Below, one piece after another: positions 55,689 through 64,000 of a stretch of DNA of 64,000 nucleotides. The DNA is taken from positions 6,137 to 70,136 of IMG/VR virus record IMGVR_UViG_3300036851_000385; one strand, given 5' to 3'. Each line of letters opens with the position of its first letter. Within the stretch, counting starts at the first letter, position 1. A program made the translations under genes and the position numbers. This stretch comes from a virus. The notes below the pieces were generated by a model. The model did no database searches. It saw only the letters and a program-made list of their open reading frames with translations, and was not told the origin of the DNA.

Positions 55689-56735
55689 TCAGTCATCGGG
55701 ACGTGCCTGAAATCGAAAGCGTAAAAAGACTTCGCCCCTGCCATCAGCCCAAGCCGAAACTGTCTGGTCTATCCCGGAGATGATAAATCCGGCTTGTTCG
55801 ACCGCCTTCAGCATTTCCCCCACGTGTGTGGAGAAAAGCGTTGCGGCGAGGCCCTTGACCACAGCCTTCTCTCGTGCAATAGCTTTCGGGGACCTCCCCT
55901 CCGAGTGGATACCGACAGTGGTTTCGTCGCCGGAACTCGGTTCGCATGCGCTCCGCTGGCCGGGTGGTGTGGGCGGACTCATGGCACGGTCCATGCCCCA
56001 CCCATCTTTCAATCTCCGACTCAGTAGCGCGTGTGAAATCCCTGCCTCCTCTGCCCAGAGCGCGAGCGTCTGCGTCCGGCCCTCATGAGTGATAAGCCGA
56101 CTGCCCCGGCGGTTGTTAGCCTGCTCCTTTTGGGTAGCCCAACGACAATTTTCGGGGCTGTAGCCCTGTTCCGGATCGATTCGGTCCAGGCTATGCTTCT
56201 GCGACGGGCGCGGACCCATATCACCGATGAATGTCTGGAATGACTTCCAGCGCTCGCATACTCGGATCCCGCGACCGCCATAGTTCATCCAGGAAACATT
56301 ATTGGGGTTGTTACATCGCGAGTGCATCCCTCGCCAGACTTTGTACTCGGGGTGAGGATCCTTCCGCATTGCGCCCCCGTGAATCGTAGGCCGGGGACGG
56401 CGGTGGCTACACTCCAGACAGCACGTGGAATGTCCGTTTTTGAGATTCTGAAGCAAGACGGACTTCTCGGCTCCACATGAGCAGCGACAGAGGATGAAAT
56501 GCTGCCTGGGGTTTTTGTCCGATTGCGTATGGGAGTATCGAAGAACCACCCACTCGCCATAGGTATCACCAGACTTGGGACAATTCTCGGATTCGAACCA
56601 CTTCCGTTTGAGGTTTTCTCTATGGCACTTCTGGCTACAGAAGTGGCTCGCGCGAGGGCGTAACGGAATGAATCCGACGCCACAGAACTGACAAATACAA
56701 GGAGCATTCGCTGGGTCAGGGAGAATATGTGCCAT
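55689..56735 (-). CDS. HNH-type homing endonuclease
   Basis: CRCSCG, EYKVWRGMHSRC, YGGRGIRVCERW, SLDRID...YSPENCRWAT..EQANN. Confidence 0.9.
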   Translation of the reverse strand: MAHILPDPANAPCICQFCGVGFIPLRPRASHFCSQKCHRENLKRKWFESENCPKSGDTYGEWVVLRYSHTQSDKNPRQHFILCRCSCGAEKSVLLQNLKNGHSTCCLECSHRRPRPTIHGGAMRKDPHPEYKVWRGMHSRCNNPNNVSWMNYGGRGIRVCERWKSFQTFIGDMGPRPSQKHSLDRIDPEQGYSPENCRWATQKEQANNRRGSRLITHEGRTQTLALWAEEAGISHALLSRRLKDGWGMDRAMSPPTPPGQRSACEPSSGDETTVGIHSEGRSPKAIAREKAVVKGLAATLFSTHVGEMLKAVEQAGFIISGIDQTVSAWADGRGEVFLRFRFQARPDD

Positions 56736-56860
56736 GTTCGCGTCTCCTTGTAGGCGCGGGCCGGATGCCGGGAGGCTGCAACCTCGCCGGCATCATTGCT
56801 GTACAGCACTTATAAGTTCCCCAACTCACCCTCGAATGCCTTCCCTTCGAGAGGTAAATC

Positions 56861-58498
56861 GTGCCTGTTACGCTCAACGCCACGGCTGTTCCTGTTCCGA
56901 AAACTTGGAGCGGCATCCATGACCCTGTGGCTTCGGGACCGATTACCACTACTGCGGTGGTGCAGGGGGGTACCATATCGGCATCGGGCACGAACGAGCG
57001 CTCCGGACGTGCTGACCTCATCGCTCGGTATGGCGGCGGGGCCTATGGCATCGTCACCGGGCTTGCGCTCTCAACCGCCAGCGGATTGACGCTCGACATT
57101 GCGGCGGGGCACGCGATGTGCGACGGTCCCGTACCAAGAACCGCGACGAGCATCGTCCTGACGGACAACCAATCAAGGGTCTATATCTATTTGTCACAAT
57201 CGGGCTCCGTCACGGCCGTGAATTCCAGCCTGACGCCGCCGGCAGGTGCTCAGGTGTTCCTCGGTTCCTGCGTAACCAATAGTCCCGCTGGCTCGGTCAC
57301 TGGCATCGATCAGTCCGGCGTGATGTATCTCTCGCCCTTCCCCTGGCGGGCCACGGCCGACGCAGGTCCCTCCGCTCCCGGCGACAGCGCCTCTCTCCCG
57401 ACCACGATCATGTTCCTCCACAAAGGAGCGAACGACACCTGGCTGTGGGACGGCCCGGCCGGGGTCTACAAACACTTCTCCGGGGGCTCCTCCGGCACGG
57501 CCGCCATCGCCGACGGCGGCACCGGTGCCACGACGGCCGCCGATGCGCGCGTCAACCTGGGCGTGCCCCTGGTTGATGTCATTACAATCAACCCGGCTAA
57601 TGGAACCAACACCGTCTCCGCCACCGACTCCCAGGCATCCACGATCCTCCTGACCGGCGGCACGGCCTCGGCCGAGTTCACGTTGGAGTTGACGACGAAC
57701 GGCTCTCCCCTGGTTCGCGACGGCCACGAGTGGACGATCATCAATAAGACCTCGTACGGCGTCAAGATCATCCGGAACGGCTCCGGCCTGGGCTCCTGCT
57801 GGCTCGGCCAGGGGAGCGCGAACGATCAGCGCGGGCACTTCGTTTTCGAGCGGGACGGCTCGGGATCGGGAGAGATCCGGCGGATCGCCAAGGACGCCCC
57901 CTCCTACATCAGCCGCGTGATTACCGGCACGCTGACCGCGACCAGAGGGCAGATAGAAGCAGGGTTCCTCGTCACGGGAGCGCAGACTTCTGCTCAGCAA
58001 CTCTCAATTCCGGCAACTTCCGGCTTTGAAGGCCAGATTACGACCCATCAGGCAGACGCTTCTAACTATCCTCTGACGGTTCAGACAGCAGGCGAGACCG
58101 AGCCGGATGCCATCACCCTTCTCCTTCCCGGCGAGGTTCAGCAAGTCGTACAGGATTCGGCGGGTAAGAACTGGCGGGTCGGCAGGCCCTACCATCGGGA
58201 GGTGATTATTGATTTCGGAAGCGATGCCAACCTCACGCTTTCAGCCTCGCAGGCGCGTGCCGGAACGATCCGGATGCAGGACACGACCGTGGTGCTAACG
58301 GCGGGTCGAAACGTGATCTGGGACACGCAGCAAATCGCGGCGCATCACCAATGGTGCGTGGTCAATGAGACCGCGCAGGCATTGACCTTCAAGCCCACGG
58401 CCGCCGCAGGCGTGACGGTAGCCGCCGGCATGAGCGCGATGATCCGGATCGACCTGGCCGGCGTCATCCGACGGATGACCCCAGACGTGGCTCCCTAA
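56861..58498 (+). CDS. Tail fibre protein
   Basis: GLTLDIAAGHAM; IADGGTGATTAADARVNLG fibre motif. Confidence 0.75.
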   Translation: MPVTLNATAVPVPKTWSGIHDPVASGPITTTAVVQGGTISASGTNERSGRADLIARYGGGAYGIVTGLALSTASGLTLDIAAGHAMCDGPVPRTATSIVLTDNQSRVYIYLSQSGSVTAVNSSLTPPAGAQVFLGSCVTNSPAGSVTGIDQSGVMYLSPFPWRATADAGPSAPGDSASLPTTIMFLHKGANDTWLWDGPAGVYKHFSGGSSGTAAIADGGTGATTAADARVNLGVPLVDVITINPANGTNTVSATDSQASTILLTGGTASAEFTLELTTNGSPLVRDGHEWTIINKTSYGVKIIRNGSGLGSCWLGQGSANDQRGHFVFERDGSGSGEIRRIAKDAPSYISRVITGTLTATRGQIEAGFLVTGAQTSAQQLSIPATSGFEGQITTHQADASNYPLTVQTAGETEPDAITLLLPGEVQQVVQDSAGKNWRVGRPYHREVIIDFGSDANLTLSASQARAGTIRMQDTTVVLTAGRNVIWDTQQIAAHHQWCVVNETAQALTFKPTAAAGVTVAAGMSAMIRIDLAGVIRRMTPDVAP

Positions 58499-58872
58499 AT
58501 CCCCCGCTCCTTCCGCATCCGCGTAAGCATCCGCTCCAGCATGTCGCCACCTTGTGCGTGATCGTCGCGGAGGACCCGCAGCGCCGCGCCCCACACGATC
58601 AGGCGGCAGAACTCCGTGAGCTGCTCGTCTGACAGTTGCCCTGTCTGGTTCGAGGCCCAGGCCGAAAGCACTGAGTACCGCTCGCAGTCGGTGAGTCCCG
58701 GCTCCGCGTCTCCGACCAGCTTCGTGACAACGGCCCGTGCCTTCTGCGGGACACGATAGTCGGGATGCGCTTCCGGGACTTTGAAGACCACGGGCGTGAC
58801 GAAGCGCGCGGACAGGTAGCCGCAGGTGGCGGCGACCACGAGAGTCATCAGGAACTGCCGCGTCCAGTGCAT
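58495..58872 (-). CDS. Membrane-anchored hypothetical protein
   Basis: N-terminal hydrophobic helix; GGAG RBS. Confidence 0.55.
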   Translation of the reverse strand: MHWTRQFLMTLVVAATCGYLSARFVTPVVFKVPEAHPDYRVPQKARAVVTKLVGDAEPGLTDCERYSVLSAWASNQTGQLSDEQLTEFCRLIVWGAALRVLRDDHAQGGDMLERMLTRMRKERGI

Positions 58873-58875
58873 CGC

Positions 58876-59103
58876 CTACTCCTCCAACCCCCTCGCCTTG
58901 CGCTGTCGCCGCACCGCCGCTTCCACCTCTTCCAGCGCCGCCAGACCGGGGTGGATGTCTGCGTGGATCTTCTCTCCCAGGACCACCCTGCCATCCGCCG
59001 TGATCCGCGCACCGATCGTGCGATAGGGCGCGAAGTCCGCCTCCAGCCGATCCAACCGCTGCTCGATCGCCGCCAAGCGGGCAAGAAGCGCCTCGTCGGT
59101 CAT
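58876..59103 (-). CDS. Hypothetical coiled-coil protein
   Basis: MTDEALLARLAAIEQRLDRLE. Confidence 0.55.
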   Translation of the reverse strand: MTDEALLARLAAIEQRLDRLEADFAPYRTIGARITADGRVVLGEKIHADIHPGLAALEEVEAAVRRQRKARGLEE

Positions 59104-59107
59104 CCCC

Positions 59108-59305
59108 CTACTCCTCCGAAAGCCGAACGTCTTCCAGGTGTTCGCTGCCCCAGGTGCGACAGGCACATTTTGAGCACCAGCCGACGGCCCCCGTTGGATC
59201 ATCCGCGAGCGCCACGGTCTCGCGCAGGGGCGTGCCGCACCACTCGCAGCGGTAGGTGCGGATCTGGCGGCGCGGCGTTCGCAGGTATTCCATGTCTGGG
59301 CTCAT
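59108..59305 (-). CDS. Zn-ribbon protein
   Basis: CEWCG, CSKC. Confidence 0.55.
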   Translation of the reverse strand: MSPDMEYLRTPRRQIRTYRCEWCGTPLRETVALADDPTGAVGWCSKCACRTWGSEHLEDVRLSEE

Positions 59306-59308
59306 CGC

Positions 59309-59527
59309 CTACTCCCCTTGCCCCTTCCGCACCATGTATGCTTCCAAGAGCGCCAAGTGATCGCGACACAGACACCGCGCACTCTCCGGGGCCTCATCCC
59401 ACTTCGCGAGGATCTCCACGCTGCCGCGGTTGTTGCAGCCCTCAACATCGCACTGCCGGCGCAGCACTCCGAAGATCCGAAACGTAGCCCCCGCCGACAC
59501 TGTAGTCTCGATATCCCCCTCGGTCAT
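59309..59527 (-). CDS. Zn-binding small protein
   Basis: CDVEGC, LCRDH. Confidence 0.55.
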   Translation of the reverse strand: MTEGDIETTVSAGATFRIFGVLRRQCDVEGCNNRGSVEILAKWDEAPESARCLCRDHLALLEAYMVRKGQGE

Positions 59528-59530
59528 CGC

Positions 59531-60052
59531 CTACCCCTCCTGCTCCTCGGCCACGGCTCGCTCATCCGGCTGGCCTGCTTGCTCTCCAAATAGAACATCT
59601 ACAGGCTCCCCTGCGATCTCCGCCGCCTGCCGCGCACAGTCCTGAAGGATGCCCCCCAGATTGTTCACCCAGCGTCGGGACAGTGGGTCAAGGGACAAGG
59701 CGACAATCAACGATCCGGGACGCCCCGGCTCGGCCAGGATCCTCTTTGCGCGCTTCAGGGCCTTCTGAAGGTCGAACAGATCGCTCTCGCAGTCACCCAT
59801 CGCCTCCTCCCCCTCCCCTTCCCTATCCCCGGCCGCCCTTGCCTTCAGTTGCCGCCCGATCGCGTCTTTTGCCTCCTGCAGCTCCGCCGGCCACTCGACC
59901 CCCGCCGCAGGATGCCCGCGTATCCATTCCTCATCCCGGCAATCCTGGCAGACCGGGAACCCCTTCCATTTCGCGCACTGGCCGCAGAGTCCCAGCCTGC
60001 TCGCCCATGCCTGATGCACTTCCTGCGCCGGGCTCTTGCGCGGCGGTCTCAC
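59531..60052 (-). CDS. Hypothetical protein (possibly two fused ORFs)
   Basis: CGQC/CQDC, then AAGVEWPAELQEA motif shared with neighbour. Confidence 0.5.
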   Translation of the reverse strand: MRPPRKSPAQEVHQAWASRLGLCGQCAKWKGFPVCQDCRDEEWIRGHPAAGVEWPAELQEAKDAIGRQLKARAAGDREGEGEEAMGDCESDLFDLQKALKRAKRILAEPGRPGSLIVALSLDPLSRRWVNNLGGILQDCARQAAEIAGEPVDVLFGEQAGQPDERAVAEEQEG

Positions 60053-60294
60053 TCCAGCTCCCCCACCGGATCTCCCGCCTCCCGCGCAGCCAACTGCCGC
60101 CGGATCGCCGCGTGCGCCTCCTGCAGCTCCTCCGGCCACTCCACCCCCGCCGCCCGATGCTTCTCCCGATCCTGGAACAGCTCGTTACTCGCCGCCTCCA
60201 GGTGGTGCCGGTGCCGGGCGCGTGCGGCGACGACAGCCGCCTCATCCGGCAACTGGAACGGATCACACCGCACTGGCTTGGGCTTCTCGGTCAT
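60049..60294 (-). CDS. Hypothetical protein
   Basis: AAGGAG RBS; AAGVEWPEELQEA motif. Confidence 0.55.
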   Translation of the reverse strand: MTEKPKPVRCDPFQLPDEAAVVAARARHRHHLEAASNELFQDREKHRAAGVEWPEELQEAHAAIRRQLAAREAGDPVGELE

Positions 60295-60434
60295 CGGTTC
60301 ACGTACTCCTTCGCCGGATCGCCTTCCGGCCGTCTACGCCCAGTGTTCGGATGGCGGAACCACCCTTCCGGCTCCGGCTGGTCCGAAGGCTCCCAGGTTT
60401 TGAGGACGCGCACGGCGTCTTCTGCGCGCTCGTA

Positions 60435-60608
60435 TCACCAGCCATCGGAGTACCAGTCAGCGCCCACCGGGCCGATGATGAGCCGCGCGGTTCCGGTGAG
60501 CAGCGGCAGCACCACCAGCTCCCGGCCGTCCGATAGGAGCCGTTTCGCATAGTACCAACCCAGGCGCTCCTCGTACAACTCCGGCCGCATCGGTCCCTGT
60601 GTCTCCAT
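60435..60608 (-). CDS. Hypothetical protein
   Basis: GGAGG RBS; KRLLSDGRELVVLPLL. Confidence 0.5.
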   Translation of the reverse strand: METQGPMRPELYEERLGWYYAKRLLSDGRELVVLPLLTGTARLIIGPVGADWYSDGW

Positions 60609-60624
60609 CGTCCTCCTCCTCTTG

Positions 60625-60695
60625 GGTAGCCGGCAGCCGGTAGCCGTCAGCCGTGAGATCAGAACCAACGGCTACCGGCTGCCGGCTACCGGCTG
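60625..60695. repeat. Heptamer-arm imperfect palindrome
   Basis: CGKYAGC-like x4-5, then (CGGCTRC)x4. Confidence 0.8.
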
Positions 60696-60826
60696 GGTCT
60701 TCCTCGTCCCACATCTGCCGCCGCCGCAGCGCCTCCAGGATCCGCGACACTTGCTCCTCCGTCAGGAGCGGGCGGGGACGCTCGCGTTCGCGCTGCAACT
60801 CCTTGGGGAGGTAGTCGTAGGCCACC

Positions 60827-63028
60827 TCAGATCCCCAGAGACAGCGTGCGCGGTCCCGTGATCTTCGCCTCCTCCGGTGCTACGCCCAGTCCCTCGTAGC
60901 GGGCGAGGCGCTCGGCGATGAGCGGGAGGTATGAGGGTTGCATTTCTATGCCGAGGAAGCGACGGCCGAGGGAGAGCGCGACTGCGCCGGTGGTGCCGCT
61001 GCCGGCGAATGGGTCAAGAATTATGCAGGGGACCGGAGGCGCTGCCGGATCACAGGCGCAGGCGGGTTCCCAGCCGGTCGTTGACGAGCTTCCGCCTCCA
61101 AAACCTCCGCCGCGAACCATTCTCGATCGCGTGCCTCCATTCACTGCTGCGCTGTCTCGGCCAGACCAGCCGCAGCCGCCTCCGACCCCTGGCTGTGTTA
61201 CAACGCGATCCACCAGCCGCCTGTGCGGCGCCTCACACTCTGGACAGCAGCCCCTCTCGCTCGATCCTGCGCGGATCAGCGGCTCGATCAGCTTGGTCGG
61301 ATAGGTGTTCCCTGTGATGAACGGCTTACCGTTCCGCCGGGCGAGCCAGAACCCCGAGGGAACCGAGGGGCACCAAACGATGCCCTCGTAGTGACTGCGC
61401 CCCAGAGGTGTCTGCACGCCGTTGGTGCTGCGGAGGGTGAGCCATTCGCCTCGCGTCAGATAGAGGACGAACATCCCATCGGGCCTCTGACTGAGGTTCG
61501 CACGATAGCCCAGACGAAGAGCAAGGATCTGCATCAACTCGATCGACTGCCGATCCTTTTGGATGATGCACGCGCGACCATCGGGCCGGGCATGTCCATC
61601 GGCAGCGATGAGGGCCTCAAGAAGGCGGTGAGCCTCGTTTTCAGGGAGCATGGTGAGGCGCGGGGTTAGTTGCTTCTCCGGCGCCTGTGCCAGCAGCGAT
61701 GCGCTAGCGCGCACCCCGATATACCACTCCACGTCCGTTTGAACGCACCCCTGCCTAAAACGTTCACGGCGCCGCTCGGTAAATGCGATGTCGCAGCGGA
61801 GCAGCAGGCCGCGGATCGTTTGGACGTGGTGAGGGTTGACAGAGAGGCACTGATAGAGGGCAATCCCTCCCTGCTTCTTGATGTGCCCCTCGGCGATGAA
61901 CCAGCCCACCAGACTCGCCCAGTCTTCGCCAATGGATGCGGAGGCATCGCCGTCGTAGCGGGCGGTGGTGGGTACCTCATGGCGAGGCAGAAGCTCGTCG
62001 GCACGCACAACCGCGAGCGATCCAGACCGACGCCTTATCAGGCAGCGATGATTGACCGTCAGGCGCTGGCTGCTATCCCTCTTCTCGATGACCACCAACT
62101 CCCCGGCAAACGGGTAGCGGTGAAAGGTCGCAGGCACCCAATGCCATGCGTGTGCGATCGGATCATACTGCGCGATCAGGTCTCCGTCCGCTACGGCATC
62201 GTGGTGTTTCCATCCTGACGGCGTAAGGCACTCCGTCTCTTCGTCTACGCAGGCAAAGTGGGCTCCGGGGTAGCTTTCGGTGGCGAGGAGAAGGACGGAG
62301 CGCAAGTTGCGGCCTGCGGAGGGATCGGCTCCGGTGTGCGTGCGGGTTGTCTTTTGGCCGGACATCCCAGCGTCGTACGTCTCGTGAGGGAAGCCCCCGC
62401 GCCATTCTCGGCGCCCATACTTTGCCTCCTCGCGCGCCGCATCTCCATCCCAGAAGTAGCGTTCCGAGCGCGTCAGCATGAACACATACTCATGCGCCCG
62501 CGTCGGCCGGTCCTCGACGCTCTCGGGCATCGGGTTCAACTTCGCCCACACGAGATCGCAGCGGACCCACCAGCCGTCATCCTGCAGGGCGATGGCGCAG
62601 CGGTGGGGCATGAGGCAGAGGTCTTTCGGCTTCATCCCTGCAGGGCGCGGTTTCTGTTGGCGTTCGATGTGAACCCACTTCTCGTTTCGCCCGCAGGAGG
62701 GGTCACTGGTCCTTCCTTTGTCCTTCCGTCCGATCTCCCCGCTCGCATACGAGTCGCCCAGGTTCACGAAGCAGACGCCATCGCGCCGGAGCACCCTGCG
62801 GACCTCGCGGAACACCTCGACGAGGTGTGCGACGAACTGCTCCGGCCGCTCCTCCAGTCCCAGGCAGCAGAAGGAGCCATCGCCCCATTCGGTCGGCGGG
62901 AGCGAGTAATCTCTCAAAGACCAATAGGGCGGGGAAGTACAGACGCAGTGAACACTCTCCGCCTCGAGTCCCTTGAGCACCGAAAGCGCATTGCCGAGGC
63001 GCAGATCGTAGAGCGGCGGCTCGGTCAC
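60827..63028 (-). CDS. Amino (probably N4-cytosine) DNA methyltransferase containing an intein
   Basis: TSPPY, NLGDSY, KPKDL, DRPTRAHEY, HFA|C...N|TYP, DPFAGSGTT. Confidence 0.92.
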   Translation of the reverse strand: MTEPPLYDLRLGNALSVLKGLEAESVHCVCTSPPYWSLRDYSLPPTEWGDGSFCCLGLEERPEQFVAHLVEVFREVRRVLRRDGVCFVNLGDSYASGEIGRKDKGRTSDPSCGRNEKWVHIERQQKPRPAGMKPKDLCLMPHRCAIALQDDGWWVRCDLVWAKLNPMPESVEDRPTRAHEYVFMLTRSERYFWDGDAAREEAKYGRREWRGGFPHETYDAGMSGQKTTRTHTGADPSAGRNLRSVLLLATESYPGAHFACVDEETECLTPSGWKHHDAVADGDLIAQYDPIAHAWHWVPATFHRYPFAGELVVIEKRDSSQRLTVNHRCLIRRRSGSLAVVRADELLPRHEVPTTARYDGDASASIGEDWASLVGWFIAEGHIKKQGGIALYQCLSVNPHHVQTIRGLLLRCDIAFTERRRERFRQGCVQTDVEWYIGVRASASLLAQAPEKQLTPRLTMLPENEAHRLLEALIAADGHARPDGRACIIQKDRQSIELMQILALRLGYRANLSQRPDGMFVLYLTRGEWLTLRSTNGVQTPLGRSHYEGIVWCPSVPSGFWLARRNGKPFITGNTYPTKLIEPLIRAGSSERGCCPECEAPHRRLVDRVVTQPGVGGGCGWSGRDSAAVNGGTRSRMVRGGGFGGGSSSTTGWEPACACDPAAPPVPCIILDPFAGSGTTGAVALSLGRRFLGIEMQPSYLPLIAERLARYEGLGVAPEEAKITGPRTLSLGI
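61307..62251 (-). mobile_element. Intein with LAGLIDADG homing endonuclease (315 aa)
   Basis: CVDEETECLT start, TVNH block B, LVGWFIAEG and LEALIAADG, ARRNGKPFITGN end, +1 Thr. Confidence 0.9.
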
Positions 63029-63420
63029 CCTGCGGCCTCCTGCGATGGCGGGCGTCTACGGCGCGAAACGGGCGCAACGTCCGGATGCACGCCCTTTGCG
63101 CCGGGAGCGCGTAGAATGTCCTCTAACTCTCCGTCAGACGAGGAGATAGAGCGGCGGCTTCCCATGGAGAGGCTGTTGCTTCTCCAGCGCGAGACCTTCT
63201 CCGTTTCCCATGCCCCGGTGAGCGTCTGTTTCTCCCGGTGGAAGATGACGGCGATCGGATCGCCGCCGGCCTCCGCCTCCGTCGTCGCACACACCTTGCA
63301 CCTGTAGCGCACGGTATCCCCCACCGGCCAGAGCGCCGGAGCGTCTACGATAAAGAGGAGCCGCTCGGCGTTGCAGGCCGAGCACGTCTTCTGGGTTGTG
63401 TCAAAATCTAGTACGGTCAT
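63025..63420 (-). CDS. Zn-ribbon hypothetical protein
   Basis: CSAC, CKVC; GGAGG RBS. Confidence 0.55.
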   Translation of the reverse strand: MTVLDFDTTQKTCSACNAERLLFIVDAPALWPVGDTVRYRCKVCATTEAEAGGDPIAVIFHREKQTLTGAWETEKVSRWRSNSLSMGSRRSISSSDGELEDILRAPGAKGVHPDVAPVSRRRRPPSQEAAG

Positions 63421-63881
63421 CGCTTTCCCTCCACCATCGCCCCCGCCGCCGGCGGCGTGTCCGCCAACCGCCCCGAAATCTCCCCGTGATCCGCCCGGCC
63501 CGTGCGGAGGTAGAGTCTGCCGACCAGCTCCTCCCCGTCCGGTGAGCGGCGATAGAGCCACCGATAGCCCTTTCGCCCCAGGTCTCGGCAGTGATCCCCG
63601 TTGCTCCACACGGTACCGAACATCAACCCGTGATGGAGGAACATCACGGCGAGAAACACGGCGCGGTCCATGCGTGCGATCAAGAAGGCGACGGCGCAAA
63701 TGAGCAGAATACCGCTGGCCTTGAAGAGGATCAGCCGCGTCGTCTGGTGTGCCCACGGAGCCACGAACGCATTGCCCTCAAGGCCGCCGAGCTTGAGAAC
63801 CCGGCGCGTGGTCATGAGATCCAGGGCTTGAAGAAGTACAATCAGCCCGAGGTGTGTCCAGAGAACCCACCGCTCCGTCAC
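63417..63881 (-). CDS. DUF5658-like membrane protein
   Basis: LQALDLMTT...GGLEGNAFV...ILFK. Confidence 0.7.
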   Translation of the reverse strand: MTERWVLWTHLGLIVLLQALDLMTTRRVLKLGGLEGNAFVAPWAHQTTRLILFKASGILLICAVAFLIARMDRAVFLAVMFLHHGLMFGTVWSNGDHCRDLGRKGYRWLYRRSPDGEELVGRLYLRTGRADHGEISGRLADTPPAAGAMVEGKR

Positions 63882-63986
63882 CCCGCCCCTCCCTTCCCCG
63901 TCATCAGTAGCGCCATGACCTTCCGTTCCTCCGCCGGCAGCAGCGGCCTCTCCTCGACCGGGACCGCCCGGCGGCAGTGGCAAGGA

Positions 63987-64000
63987 CAGACGCCAGACGC
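63987..64000. repeat. (CAGACGC)n element, probable copy 5, truncated by window edge
   Basis: CAGACGCCAGACGC at the window end. Confidence 0.5.

Larger units (their letters stand above)
1..64000. mobile_element. Tailed dsDNA bacteriophage (siphovirus-like) genome segment
   Basis: TerS/TerL, HK97 portal, prohead protease, major capsid, connectors, tail tube, frameshifted chaperone and endolysin; no host core genes recognised. Confidence 0.95.

Noticed and set aside
30659-58498. Diversity-generating retroelement acting on fibre genes
   Set aside because: No reverse transcriptase ORF and no TR/VR pair differing at adenines was noticed; a dot plot would be needed to exclude one fully
63955-63980. 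Possible target of the 48106 element guide (GGACCGCCC match)
   Set aside because: Only about 9 nt match in GC-rich DNA and no adjacent GCAT motif
1-64000. Specific host taxon, or prophage versus free phage
   Set aside because: No att junction, host genes or integrase in the window; GC content and leaderless starts are not diagnostic

Overview
A GC-rich tailed dsDNA phage (HK97-fold head, non-contractile tail), probably a large part of one genome; no host housekeeping genes and no integrase, helicase or polymerase were recognised. Layout: winged-helix cluster and RHH/GIY-YIG pair (1-2.9 kb); M15 endolysin; a reverse-strand cassette of secreted and membrane proteins (standalone subtilisin-propeptide-like protein, S8 protease-CAP fusion, membrane-anchored NlpC/P60; 4.6-9.0 kb); early and recombination genes (HNH, PadR, RusA-like, Rad52/Sak-like, SWIM, alphaCTD-HTH, two HTH_17; 9.7-17.4 kb); ParB-MTase, TerS, TerL, portal, protease and capsid (18.3-29.9 kb); fibre/spike genes unusually placed before the head-tail connectors; duplicated tail-tube-like genes, a -1 frameshift chaperone and a very short tape measure; further tail genes dispersed among small Cys-rich ORFs; and an intein-containing methyltransferase. 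The most notable non-coding structure is (i) nine complete and one truncated long palindromes built from 7-nt tandem repeats (consensus CRNNMGC), found both between structural genes and in frame inside protein linkers, (ii) two transposase-less IS200/IS605 elements whose guide and cleavage tetranucleotides are intact, (iii) a dif-like site, and (iv) candidate structured RNAs and a shared palindrome ahead of the late operons. All calls come from reading motifs by eye; no searches or folding programs were run.
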